A stretch of DNA of 64,000 nt from Octopus sinensis (taxonomy: Eukaryota), in contig NC_042998.1 in NCBI RefSeq assembly GCF_006345805.1, positions 152,954,001 through 153,018,000 on the forward strand. The letters are read 5' to 3'. Both the position numbers and the translations under genes were made by a program. The notes beneath the pieces are model-generated. The model saw nothing but the letters and a program-made list of their open reading frames with translations. It searched no databases and was not told where the DNA came from. This document shows positions 36,961-50,049 of this stretch, piece by piece; the first letter of the stretch is position 1; each line of letters opens with the position of its first letter.

Positions 36961-37829
36961 TCTGCAGGTTTATGTGGTGCCACAAATATGAAAAATGTGA
37001 TCTCTTTGAAAAAATATTGATTTATTTCACCATTGTTTTCCTTTATTAACAGTTTACATGGTTTCGTTTCATTTTCTTTATTATTTCTAGAAGGTTGAAA
37101 GCAAGATTAATATTATCATTTAAATTGTATTAAAAACAATACATATCTTCAAGTGACTCGAATAAAATGAAAAAGATGTACAGCTTCTTCCATTGTATTC
37201 CAAATGTAAAAAATGAAAATATTAATTATTTCAAAACTGGTTTCTTTATTAAATTATTTTTTAGTTTTTAAAAACAAAACCTGAATAAAGTTTCTTCATT
37301 CCTTCTTTGAAAATTTCTTTTTAAAAATTTAAGGTTTAGTCATGTCTTTAATTTCAAAAACTTATCTGCAATTTAATTTTTATGGTTTCTTTTTTGTATT
37401 CCTTTTCAAAAATCTGTTTATGGTTCCATTGGTAATCAATGATGCATTGGAGTTGCCATGGCAACAAACATTTGACTTCCACTTGTGAGGATAATTCATT
37501 TCATTTCAATGGTTAAAACTACATAACTTTAAATGTTTCTAACTTTTTTATTATCATTTTTTTTGAGAAAAATGAATGTGATTTTCTTCAACAACATCAA
37601 AAACTACATCAGTATGGAAAATTTGGAAACAATCCATTAGAAATAGAAAAATCTTCAAGTAGTGGGGAACAAAAAACTAACTTAACAAGTGAAACAAATG
37701 GAACAAGTATAAAAGACGTCGTCTGAATTTTTAAAAACCACTTTTCTTCTTTAAAAATTTATATAAATTAGATTTTGTGATGAAAGTTCTGATATAGTAA
37801 AATAGGTCACGAGAGTTAAGTACAGCACT

Positions 37830-38920
37830 TTAGCTTGGCTTGGCTTCATGCTCTTGCTTGATAGGAGTGGGCTCATTCTAAGTTAATGGTCCCAGAAGCG
37901 TCATCATGCGTAGAGCCAACCAAGTCTACCACTGCTCTCCGTCATTGGCAGTCTTGTGCCAGCCCCTATGCATGCTCCAAGATGAAATCAAGCCTCTAGA
38001 GATCTTCCCCAATCACATCCAGCCATGAGAGGAAAGCCCTGGTAGGATGATCTAAGAGGATACAGAGGATATGTCCATACCAGCGCAAGCAATAAACAGC
38101 TATGAGGTACGAGGCTGTGGGCTGATGAATGTGTGCACACAATTCTTTGTTGGAAATATGATGGTACCATCCAATGTCCTTGGTGGTTCTTAGGACTCTG
38201 CAATCAAAGCCATTGATACTTTTTGCCAAGGTCTTCAAGAGGGACCACACATCTGCTCCATAGAGGAGAATGGAGAGGACAGGTTTGTAATAGATGCGAA
38301 AACCATCAACTCTATGCTGCCTTCATCAACCACAAAGCAACTTCTGACACCACTGACTATGCATCCCTCTAAAAAATTCTCAAGCTTATGGGTGCACCTT
38401 CCCAGATCTCCACCCTGATCCAACAGCTCTATAGCAGTGCCAAGATCTGTGTGTGGGTGAACGGGAAGGACTCTAACTGTTTCCCCATCAACAGCAAAGT
38501 AGACAGGGCTGTGTGACCACCCCTGACTTCTTCAATTATGTCATCAATTATCTGATGACCAAGTGTGTCTTTGACATTGTCTTAAGGAACTACCAACTTA
38601 CCAACTAGAGTATACAAACAATACCATCTTATCCAGCAACTCGATCATCCAGCTCGGGGACATGCTGACCCTTTACAGAAAAGTATCAGCAAAGCCTGGC
38701 CTTCAGTTGAGTTGGGCAAAGATCAACCTGATAAATGTCAGAGATGGCCTAGACTCCACTCCTCTTCATATTGGCATCAATGTCATGGAGTTTGTCAGCT
38801 CTTCATCTGCTTGGGTTCCACAGTCACCAGCAGTAAAAACCTGACCCTAGAGATCAACCACAGATGTGGTCTGTCTGCCAGGGATCATGTACACACTATG
38901 GAAGTACAACAGCAGCTAAT
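37830..38920 (-). mobile_element. Degenerate RTE-type LINE fragment (second family)
   Basis: INGFDCRVLRT...WYHHISNKEL...LRWYGHILC. Confidence 0.6.
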
Positions 38921-38998
38921 ATAATTTAACATAGAAAATAGGAAAAAAAAAGAAAAAACACCACTATGTTATAATTACAAAGAAAATTATTTACTTAC

Positions 38999-39126
38999 TC
39001 TAAATTCTTCTCAGGGACTTCTTTCACAGCTATCCTAACTTGAGTATTTTTGTTTCGAGCAGCATAAACCACACCAAATGAACCTCGACCGAGCACTATC
39101 TTGCGGTTTTTATCATCATATTCATA
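38999..39126 (-). CDS. MAP3K5: ASK1-family MAP3K exon (Gly-rich loop and catalytic Lys)
   Basis: tttcag|TAT GAA TAT...TTA GA|gtaagt; [42 protein letters not shown]; GxGxxG and AVK motifs; 128 nt; absent from ORF track. Confidence 0.95.
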
Positions 39127-39594
39127 CTGAAATGAGTATACATACATACACAAGTGTAGATGCACACACACATATATATATACTCACACACACACATATA
39201 TATCATTCCAATTATGCAAAATTGTAATAAGTCAAAACGTTTCAGAAAATGAAAAAATAGTTTCACCACTCCATTTCTTTTGATATTACTAACAGTTTCG
39301 GCTTAACAATAACACTTTGGTAGGTGCATATAAAATTGTAACTCCATGCATGTATGATATTTTCAGTCAGAAATATTTTTGTAAAACTGCTGTATATGGG
39401 GCTAACTACATTAAAAATGCTAGACCGTTGTACTACACTATGACAATTTTCATCTGAAACAGCTGGAGATATGATAGTTTGACCAAAAGAACCAACTATT
39501 GCAAGGGAAATTAAATACTGAAAAAAATGCATTTGGCCAAATTTGGACATACAATGATTTAACATAATAGCAATGATATATATATATATATATA

Positions 39595-41748
39595 CACAGA
39601 CATGACAGAAATAAATAGACACCCCATAAGGTTATATTTTTTTTTTTATTAATGGGCATTTTTTTTTTATTAATGGGCATTTTCAGGTTCTATATGTAAC
39701 TGTTTAATCATGCCATGTACAAAAGAAGCCATTGGAGCTGTCTGAATTTCAAAGAGGCCATATTGTGAGTCAATCTGAAGGTGGACTTAGCATAAAATTG
39801 CAGAAAAACATTGGGATCCCACTTTCTACAGTTAATAGAGTGATTTGTGCAATTCACCAGAGAGGGAAAGGAGTTCACACCACCTTGCCCAGGTTGACCA
39901 GGGTCCTCTGACAGGACCCTTTGCTTTGTTAAGAGAAGTGTGGAGGATAATCCTTGTTGCAAGGCCTCTGACATAGCAAAACTAGCAGATGTCAGTCCCA
40001 GAACAGATGTCAGGTATATTTAAAAACTTGGCTACTATGGCAGAGCAGCAAGAAGGAAGCCACTTCTTCAACCAGCCAATATGAAGTGGAGAAAAGATTG
40101 GGCTAGTGTGATGGTGGAGAGGTCACTAGTATTTTGGGACACTGTCATATTCTCTGATGAGACCAGATTTGCTGTATTTTCTGACAGTAGCTGAGTATGG
40201 GTCTGGAGGCTCTGATCAAGAAATTGACATGAAAAGGTTGCAGCCAACATCATCATCATCATCATCATTGTTCGACCGTGGTCGAGACAATGGAATTTAC
40301 CATGTTGCGCCAGACTTCATGGTCCATCATAGCATTACTGAGGTCCTGTTGCTGGATGCCTGTATCCCTGGAGATTACATCAGGGTAGAAGAGTGTGCGC
40401 CCTCTGGTGTTGCGAGTAGATGGCTTCCAGAGGAGAAGAGTAGAAATTACTTCTTTTTCAGCTCTACAACAATGTCTAGCAAACTGGACTCTCCTACCCT
40501 TCACAAGAGATGACACAGGTGGTAATTTCCCATATATTTGCATTTTAGTTGGATGGCGCCTCCACGAGAGATTTTGAGCTCTCATAAGGAGGCAAGTGTA
40601 GGTTCCATCCAACCGCCTCTCAAGCTTCTTTGATAACGTCCAGGTTTCTGAGCCATATAGTAGGATTGGTTCGACTGTGGCTTTGAATATTTCAAGTTTG
40701 AAGTTTCTACTTAGATTTGATGACCAGATCTTATGCATGTCATTACAGGCTGACCAGGCCATACCCTTTCTAGTTAGAAAGTCTTTTCCAGATGATGATA
40801 TGTATGACCCAAGATATTTATAATCAGAAACCATATTTAAAGGTGCACTGTTGAGAGTGTGGATGATGCAATCACTGTTGGACAGGCACTTGTTTATGTA
40901 TTCAGTTTTGGCCTCATTGAGGTAAAGACCTACACAATTTGAGGTTTGTTCAAGAGATTGTAAAAGAGACTGGGCATTGGAGAGAGAATCACTGATAAGA
41001 GCGATGTCGTCAGCAAAGTCAGTGTCTGTCAAGTACTCAGCTGGGTGTCTGGGACTTCTTCTTGGTTTTATTTCAAAGCCCTTGCCAGAGATGGTATCAA
41101 CTGACATACGTAGCACATAATCAACAACAATGATGAAAAGAAATTTCTTTTCATCATTGTTGTTGTTGCAGCCAACAATGAAATATGGTGGCTATTCTGT
41201 GATGGTCTGGGGAGCAATTTGGAGCAATAGTCAATCAGAGCTGGTGGAGTGTCAGAAAAAGATAAATTCAGATAAATATGTGTCCATATTACAGAAAGGA
41301 CTCCTTCCAATCTTCTCCAGTGGTGAAATGATTAAATAAGACTCTCTATTCATGGAAGATGAACCTCCTTGTCAAACAGCTAAAAATACCCAAGATTGGT
41401 TGGAAGAAAATAGCATTAGGAAGCTTCCCTGGCCAAGCCAGTCACCAGATATGAACCCAATTGAACACCTCCAGGGCATAATGGACAGGACACTTCATAA
41501 AAAGTACAAGAAAGCACCCTCAAATCCAAATTTTTTGAGATTACTAATAGGACCCTAATAGGCATGCTACTGATAGCATGCCTATTAGGGTCCTTGCATT
41601 GAAAAATGCAAAAGGCATGTCTACTAAATATCAGATATTCACACTATAATAATTAACAAATAATTTTAAGTATAATGCAGCAAATGACTTTATAACATCA
41701 ACGATCCACTTCTCACTCTTATTATTGCTCCATTTCTTATACTCTGTG
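39595..41748 (+). mobile_element. Tc1 (DD34E) transposon, degenerate, interrupted by an RTE
   Basis: ELSEFQRGHI, ARRKPLL, IFSDETRF, GGYSVMVWGAI, D-34-E (MEDEPP...SPDMNPIE); weak TA|CACAGA ends, so boundaries are uncertain. Confidence 0.8.
40250..41164 (-). mobile_element. RTE-type LINE, 5'-truncated, inserted into Tc1
   Basis: 13-bp TSD GTTGCAGCCAACA (40237-40249 and 41165-41177); (GAT)n tail; open 283-aa RT C-terminal frame (DFADDI, YKYLGS, LLYGSETW). Confidence 0.92.
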
Positions 41749-41802
41749 TATGTGTATGTATATATAAATAATGTATAGAACTTAGTTCTATATACTTTTA
41801 AG

Positions 41803-43275
41803 GGCCATGCTGGGACACCGCTGCTTTGCTACACCGTTATTACTGAGAGCCTCCACTAATATGTGGCACTTGGTGAAGAATGGAGTTTGATGTCACTACC
41901 CACATTTGTCCCTGTTGCCGTGAGGGAGGTTCATTTGGGACTCTCGACAGGAAGAGGTTCAGCTTTGAACTGAAAGCATCTACAATCACTTTGTATAGGT
42001 ATCTCAGGCTCTTTGAAAGAATATTAAAAAGCTTTGGGCCCCTGAAATCCAGGCTGTTGCAGTAACTGGTCCTGAAGCACAATGGCATTGCTGGGATCTT
42101 TGGCACTGAGCAGTATCGAGCTTTTCTGGCATTGGTGTAGCTTTCAATGCTAAACTTTGGCACAATTCCTTCCAGGATCTTCCAGATGTATATTACTGCA
42201 TACCTCTCATTCCTTCACTCCAAGGAGTAAAGTCTTAACTGTTTCAGCTGGGGAAGCAGTAGCTGAGCTGTTACAATGAGATGATCTTCTTTGTGAAGTT
42301 TCACTCGATTGCTTCAAGATCCACTGTTAATTTTACACTGTGGGGTGACCATAGCTGGGAGCAGTAATCCAGGCAGCTGAGGAACCATCATGGTTTCCTT
42401 TTCTCTGGTTCTGAACGTTATCAGGATCCATCTAGCCAGTCATCTGCACTTTGTTGCCATCCTGGTAAGAGGGTATCAACATTCATGTCGAGACCCAGGT
42501 CCCTCACTGACTTAGGCTCTGTAATTCTAATTCTCCGTTGTACACTGTAAGTTTCATATTCAATTTTGGATGCTGATAGCACAGGCCTTGGAATTTTTGA
42601 GCATTGAACTGCATATTATTAACCTCAGCCTATGAGTAAATTGAGTCCAACTCCTGCTGCAGGTGTGCAACATTACTGAGGTTCTGTATTTTCTGCGAGA
42701 CTTTCGTATCGCCTGCTTAGCTAGCAAGGGTGGCTATCTGGGCAGTGGAGGGCATATCTGAGATGGCCACTATGAAAAGCAGTGGTCCCAAGACAATGTC
42801 CTGAGGAACACCACTCACTATTTGAGTTTTCTTTGAGGTGGCTCCATTGGCCACCACTGCCTCACTTCTATCTTTCAGAAAGTCATGTAACCACTCTCCA
42901 AGTTTTCCAGTTATGCCGAGATCATGCAGTTTGTGGCATATCATACCATGATCCACTTTATCAAAAACTTTTGCTAAGTCAAGTTATATTACATCCACAT
43001 TTGAGTTGTTGAATAACTGCCTCAATACCCAGTCATAATGTTGTAAGAGCTGGGTCAGGCAGCTCCTACCTGGTCGAAAGCCATGCTGGGTATCACTAAG
43101 CATGTTGTTTTCTTCAAGGAATGCGATTAGTTTCCCTCTGACTATCCATTCCATGACTTTGCTGATGTGTAAAGTCAGAGTGATAGGCCTATAGTTTTTG
43201 GCATCTGCTCTGCTCCCCCCTTTATGGATTGGGCATATTATTCCCTCATTCAGTTTGCTTGGCAGCCTGCCATAC
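41803..43275 (-). mobile_element. CR1-like LINE, third and more diverged copy
   Basis: Similar to 27900-29400: IVSGVPQDIVLGPLLF, NYRPITL, GPKLFNIL. Confidence 0.85.
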
Positions 43276-43529
43276 TTTAAATTAGAAAGCTAAGAACAGT
43301 TGTGAACTGAAAAAAAAAAAAAATTAGGTAACTTATAACAGTAAATTTAGGTTAATTAAAAACATAGACCTAATTAAATAAATTACTAAGTGTTTTTCAA
43401 AATTATATATTTTGACACCAAGTCTCTTATCCACACTCAAATAAGAAAAGGAATTAAAATAAACCAAACAAATAACCAGGATTGTTAGATAGTAGAATAG
43501 TGATAAATCTGTTTGTAATTTAAATAAGC

Positions 43530-43760
43530 ACAAGCATGGTTGTGTAGTTAAGAATGATGCTTTGCAACCACTTGGTTTCAGGTTAGTCCCACTGTGTAGC
43601 ACCTTGGGCAAATGTCTTCTAGCATTGCCCTGTGATGACCAAAATTTTTTGAGTGAATTTGGTAGCCAATAACTGCTTTTTTTGTGTGTGTCTTTCTCCT
43701 TGTCTTGATATCTTATGCTAGTTACAAACTTCATTATACAAGTTTGGTTGCAAGCCTTCA
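43530..43760 (+). mobile_element. SINE fragment
   Basis: ggttagtcccactgtgtagcaccttgggcaaatgtcttct, similar to 18292-18795. Confidence 0.6.
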
Positions 43761-44208
43761 TGAAAACATACCCTAATGTGGTGAAAATATTATCTTCCTT
43801 GGAAACATAGAAATTCTGTCCCAGTGAAACTCATCTGACCCATGCAAGTATGGAAATGTAGGCATTACTGCTGTTGTTGTAGGAGGAGGAGGAGAGAAGC
43901 TGACAGAAAGCAGGGAAGTTTTACAGAGCTCTCATTCCTACTTCATTGGATTGTATCTCCATATTATACTTATTCTGTCTACCTATTTATAGATAGGTAA
44001 ACAGAATTATTTAGAATTTAAAAAGATGGCTATGATGATAACAGATTAGCAATCTCTTGAAAATAAGATCAATCTCTAAGAATCAAACCAGCTGCACTTT
44101 TCTGAATAAGGAATTCAACAAGACATCTAGCTCCAGCTATAATCATTGCTTCTCTTCCAATCCCAATTTATATAACTAGAATAATCCATTGTTTAAAAAT
44201 GAGAATAC

Positions 44209-44287
44209 CTCATAACAGCCATCAGGTTCCTCAGTATCTGTGACTTGATTTTCGTTGTCTACCATTTCACACATTAGATTATAAAAC
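44209..44287 (-). CDS. MAP3K5: ASK1-family MAP3K exon (linker before kinase domain)
   Basis: tttcag|G TTT TAT...TAT GAG|gtattc; (R)FYNLMCEMVDNENQVTDTEEPDGCYE; 79 nt; phase 2 in, phase 0 out, joins both neighbours in frame. Confidence 0.8.
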
Positions 44288-45979
44288 CTGAAAAATTAGA
44301 AAACAGATTAAAAGCAAGAATATAAGAAAACATAAGAGTTTAAATTATTTAAATTCTTACATATAAATGTTTAAAAATATATTCTAATCGCATTGCAAAA
44401 ATGCTTCTGAGTTGAGTCCTTTTAACCATAACATAATTGAAATGTATACATTATTGTCTATATTTATATTCATTTGCTAGCTACCAAGTATGAAACATTG
44501 AACCTTAAGATGAGTGTAGCTAATTTTCTCTCTGTCTCAATATGTAATATAACAGTTCCACTTGCAAAAGCCATGCTTAATCCATGTTTTTTACTAGTAA
44601 TTCCTCTGGAGCCATCTTAGCTTCTCTTCTACAGTGTGTAATCTCGTAACATATATATATGAACCGAAGTGTTTGTATATATTTAGTCACTTTGGTATTA
44701 AAATATAGAATATATGTTGAGTTATCTATTGCCCTAAGCAAGTATTGTAGTATCTAATACCTGCTTGTGTACCTGTTATGCTTGCAGGCAAATATACATG
44801 CCAACCGTCTAATTTTTCAGGTATTCCCCATCTGCCTGTTCACTCTTTTCATCCCATCGGCATCCTTAGAATTAGCATACTCCATGTAGGCACAATGAAA
44901 AGTAGGTCTGGAGAGTTGTGGAGATGCTAGGATGAAGGCATGTAGATGTGTGTTGTATTCAAGAAATACGGTGAAGGGGAGCCTCAGTCAGGTTCCTCAC
45001 AGGCAAAGAACTTAGGTATAAAATCTGAAAAAGCAACAGTGATGAGGCAGAGGGTGTGGACATATTTTCAGTTGAGAAATGGGTAAATAATGTGAATGAG
45101 GTAATCAGTGTATGCTGAGATTAGTTTTGCCAAGTAGAACAAGTATTATTTCTGCCTCAGCTCATCAGCAGGGACTGCCAGATGAACAAATAAATTGATT
45201 TTTAAACTATGGTGGTGAATTCAATGGGTATGTTAAGCAGCATCCAGATGGCTTCACAGTGTACATGGAGGCTATGGTGTTGGTTTCCAAAATGAGGATA
45301 GAACAAAGCTATTGGAGTTTTATGATGCAGATGACCTAATAATCTGGAAACCAACCAGTCATTTGATCACCAGCCAATCTGAAGGCCACACAAGTCAGAT
45401 TGACTACATTCTCACCAGAAAGCAGGGTAGACAGCTGTTCTTAAATGCAAAGACTTTTCAAGTAAAGAATGTAATCCTTAACATAAGTTAGTTATTAGTG
45501 ACTTCAGACTGTGAGCTAAGATTCCAAGAATCAAACTGGTCTGACAAACTAATACATAGAAACCAGACTTTAAACCAGCCACAAATGTAGAGCAGATCAT
45601 ATCATAGGACAAAAGCAACAGGTATGAAAACATTGGAAGATCTGGGTAGTAGAGAACTGTACCAGGGAGCTAGAAGAGAAGTGAGTAACAAGTATATTTA
45701 GCTAGGACCAGAAAAGAAGTTAATGAATGCTCTTTGGCATGAGGACCAGAGGCTTGGCAGGTTTCAGATTGCAAGACAGCATATTTGAAACAATTGCAGT
45801 ATTGTAAAAGAGAAGTACAGTCAAGTGGATGATGATAGACTTTCGTTTAGAGACTGAAAAGAAAAAGGCATGGAAGCATCAATATGAAAGGTTGCTACAT
45901 GTGGAAAATGCATGGAGAAAAGAAAGTCTCCCTAGTAAAGAACCAACAGAGTTGATAGCATGATAGACAAGACAATTAA

Positions 45980-46652
45980 CCTTCTCCACATTGTTGTTAC
46001 AATTTGTTGCCTGCAAGTTTTATCCCCTGTAGCTGCAGGTGCATTTTGATGCCTTGAGAAGAGTACCTAAAATAAACACATCACTAAATTTCCAGTCCTT
46101 TAAGCTGTAAACATGCTAAACAGGCTACTTTTGTTTGAAAACGAGGTTAAACTTCCATTTTCTGATGCCATTTTCATTGTTTATATACTAACCATGAGGT
46201 TAGTATATAAACAATGAAATGGCTGCTCCTACATTTGAAGCTTTTTTGGAAGAAACCTTGTTTGATTTTGACTCAGATGATGATTTTGAAGAATTTACTC
46301 AGGCAGATACTCATGGTGATATTATTTGAGGTGATGATAGACAGTGCTTACAGTTATACTGAGAATGATGTATCAAGTGGATACTATTGTTCATGGCTGG
46401 CTGATTTAAGGAAAGTACTGGCCCCAAGGACGTACATTTCTAAGGGGTAACTCATTTGCCTATTCCTTAATGCAGTGCATAAAAATATTATTCATCTATT
46501 TCTTTATCAATATACAAAAAATTAAGTCTGTACACACAATACAATGAAAGTTATAACGATTTTAAAACAGTAGGTGCTCATGTCTTTTGTTCCCTCAAAA
46601 ATATTGCAGTGACAAGGAAAACTATTCTAGGGGCAAATTAGTGTGCTAAAGG
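45980..46652 (+). mobile_element. piggyBac-like non-autonomous element nested in RTE
   Basis: TTAA (45976-45979) and TGAA (46653-46656) flanks; removing it restores RTE ...IKDMRTGKAP; CCTT-like ends; acidic FDSDDDFEEF remnant. Confidence 0.6.
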
Positions 46653-47646
46653 TGAAGGACATGAGAACAGGGAAAGCTCCTGAACCATAAAGAATTACCA
46701 CTGAGATGTTTAAGATATCTGGCAGAGTGGGATATGGCCAAGTCACTTGTATAGTTAATCAGGTTGTCAAGGGAGGAATCATACCCAACAATAGGTGTAA
46801 CTGCATCATAGTAAACTGCTACAAATATAAAGGTAATGCCTGAGACAGAAATAATTACAGAAATATTTAATTGCTGGACCAGGTCATGAAAGTTACCAAG
46901 TGGGTCACAGCTCAACTAATTAGGAAGGAAGTTAACCTAGATGAGATGCAGTTTGGTCTTGTGCCAAGGAGAAGCACTACTGACACCCTCTTCCAAGTAA
47001 AGCAACTGTAGGATAAGCATTTAGCAAAAACTAAACTGCCATATGTGGCATTTACTGACATAGCGAAAGCCTCTGACCGAATCCCTCACTCCGTCATCTG
47101 GTGGTTGTTGCAGAAGAGCTAGGAGTAGATGAGTGACTGGTGAGAGTCATCCAAACTGTGTATAGGGATGCTGTCTGTAAGGTGAAAGCCAGCAATAAGT
47201 ATAGCAAGGAATTTAGTGTGCAGGCAGGAGCTCACCAAGCACCAATTCTGAACCCACTCTTGTTTATCATGGTCCTCCAGGCCATAACAGAAGAATTTAA
47301 GTCTGGTTGCACAAAGAAGCTTCTCTATGCTGATGATCTTGTTTTTATAACTGAAGCTACAGTAGAATTAGAGAACAAATTTCAGGTGCAGAAGCAAAAC
47401 CTGGAATCAATGGGCCTTAGAGTTAATTTAGCAAAGTACAATTAAGAAGCAAATAAATTATTAATCCTTTCCAGGAAATGGCCTTGTCTGATATGTAGAA
47501 AAGTCATAGGTAGAAACTTTATAGTGTGCTCAGTGCTAGCTATGGATACATGAGATGCAGTGGAATCACAGGTAGGTTGACAGAGAAAGTAGTCTTATTG
47601 CAAGGACAATAAACACTAAGAACAAACAGGAAATAGATTTCCACAA

Positions 47647-48460
47647 GTACCTTGAGAGAAAAGTTGGACCGTAGAAGCATCAGATGCAGTGTGCAAGAGA
47701 GACGATTGCACTGGTATGGTCATGTGGTGAAAATGGATGAGGATAGCTGTGTGAAAAAGTGCCATACCCTAGCGGTTGAGGGAACCTGTGGAAGAGGTAG
47801 ACCCAGGAAGACCTGGGATGAAGCGGTGAAGCACGACCTTCAAACATTAGGCCTCACCGAAGCAATGACCAGTGACCAAGAATTTTAGAAATATGCTGTG
47901 CTTGAGAAGACCTGGCAAGCCAAGTGAGACCATAACCTGGTAGCCTAAACCAGGGATGTAACCAGTCCACTTATGCGTACCTTCCCTTCATTGGACACTG
48001 CTTGCGTAGACCTGTTGAGGCAAGTGAAATCAGAATTGAAATCAAATTCCTTGACTGACATCCATGCTAGTGGAGCACTAAGAGCACCATCCGAGCGTGA
48101 TCATTGCTAGAGCAGCTAACTGGCATTTGTGCTGGTGGCACATAAAAAGCACCATTCGAGCTTGATTGTTACCGTGTTGCCTTACTGGCACTTGTGTCGG
48201 TGTGCAGGTGACATATAAAAAAAAACACGATTTTCTGTGACCGTTGCCAGTACCGTCTGACTGGCCCTCGTGCTGGTGGCACGTAAAAGCATCCACTACA
48301 TTCTTGGAGTGGTTGGTGTTAGGAAGGGCATCCAGCTGTAGAAACTCTGCCATATCAAGATTGGAGCCTGGTGCAGCCATCTGGTTCACCAGTCCTCAGT
48401 CAAATCGTCCAACCCGTGCTAGCATGGAAAGCGGACGTTAAACGATGATGATGATGATGA
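47647..48460 (+). mobile_element. Younger RTE 3' fragment nested in the older RTE
   Basis: Clean VQERRLHWYGHV...GRGRPRKTWDE, repeat array and (GAT)n tail; the old RTE resumes with LEVVDNF at 48461. Confidence 0.75.
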
Positions 48461-49385
48461 TCCCTAGAGGTAGTAGATAATTTCTGTTAACAGTGAAAGA
48501 GGATGGTCTGAAAGTGTGACATCTAGAATTAGAACTGGATGGGCAAAGTTTAATGCTATTACTTTTGTTACTAACAAAGAGTGAAAGATACTTGTGTACA
48601 TGGTAGGGAAACATAAGCTCTGAATGTAGAAGACATGTAAAAGCTTGAAAGAAATGAAGTCAGCATGCAGTGTTCATGTACAACAAAGTGTAAATGTGTT
48701 GAGAGAAAAATTGGGTATAAGAGGCATCAGATGTAACATGCAAGAAAGAAGACTGCACTGATATAGTCATGTGATGCATATGAATTATGACAGCCACATA
48801 AAGAAGTGTCAATGTTGAATGTATTAGAAAATATGTTGTCTTTTGACCTTTTATACATACTAGGCTACCCTATCTTAATCTTTATATATATATATATATA
48901 TATATAAAATACATACATATATCATTATTATATCTGTTTTACATGCTGGCATGGGCTGCACAGTTTGATAGGAGCTGGTAAGGTCAGTGGCTCATTGTCT
49001 ATTTTGGCATGGTTTCTACAGCTGGATGAGGCACCAGATCCAGTGCTTTTAACATGTCACCAGCCATGTAAAAGTATATATGTGGCATCACCACTGATAG
49101 GGTTACCAAGTAAATTACCAGACAAAAACCTCCTCAACTGAGAGGAGTGAGTAGTAATGAGTGAGATGTTGGCTATGTGTCAGTTGATAAGAGATTAGAA
49201 GTATGTAGAGACAGAGCTAGGTCCTGCTGTAGAGACAGTACAGAAAGGAGGTGATTTGTAGAGACAGCAGGTGGGGGAGATAATGGAAAATAGAAGTAGT
49301 TCGGGCTGAGGAAGGAAGTAACAGAGAGATCATGAGCATGTTGTATGCACCTATTCTGCTCTCAGTTGAATGTAAGGTAATGGAT

Positions 49386-49941
49386 GTTATGCTACGAAGT
49401 ATTAAATCAGAATTATCAGGTATTTACGTTCTGTATGAATACTTTTTTCACCCCTAAATATTTATAATTGAATATGAATTCCTTAGTTACTATAATTTAT
49501 TAGTTTCTTTTACATATTCTTAGCTTATGCATGTGTATGCAAATATAGTATTGGTATATCCCATTTATGTTCATTAGAAATCAAATAAATAAAGAATTTT
49601 GACACTACGAATATTTATTTTCCCCCACTGTATATTAACAACTTCAATTGTAGGAGACTGAGACTACAATGATGATTCATATGAAGGAAATAGTCTTGCA
49701 CTGCACACCTCCTGACAAAAGATTTGTCAATGCCATCACACTACACAAAAGAAGATTCATCAACAATGTACAGCTAACAACTCAGAGTTACAATACTTTT
49801 TACAATACCTTTCTTGTTTCTTCTACTATGGATATAATGATTTCTATTTCTCTAGACTGGCATGTTGTACACTCCTCTGGTTGAGGCCATGAGATACTCT
49901 GTCAAAGGTTTTCTCCAGGTCAACAAATATCAAGTACAATA
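49386..49941 (+). repeat. 556-bp local duplication of 52818-53373
   Basis: Apparently identical at offset 3432; includes the Tc1 right end plus flank. Confidence 0.9.
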
Positions 49942-50049
49942 ATGGGGGGGAGTTGAAGGGATGAGTGGATGCATGTGGGTAGACAAGCATTGACCAAGGT
50001 GGTTTAGGATATCAATTCTGTTGCGGTGGATGAGTTTTCTTGAGTACAG

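Larger units (their letters stand above)
45060..48820 (+). mobile_element. Old RTE LINE with nested insertions
   Basis: Endonuclease-end IDYIL (attgactacattctc), QFGLVPRRST, LLYADDL; interrupted at 45980 and about 47647. Confidence 0.8.

Noticed and set aside
49669-49884. 71-aa ORF duplicated at 53101-53316
   Set aside because: No homology recognised; identity is explained by the 556-bp duplication
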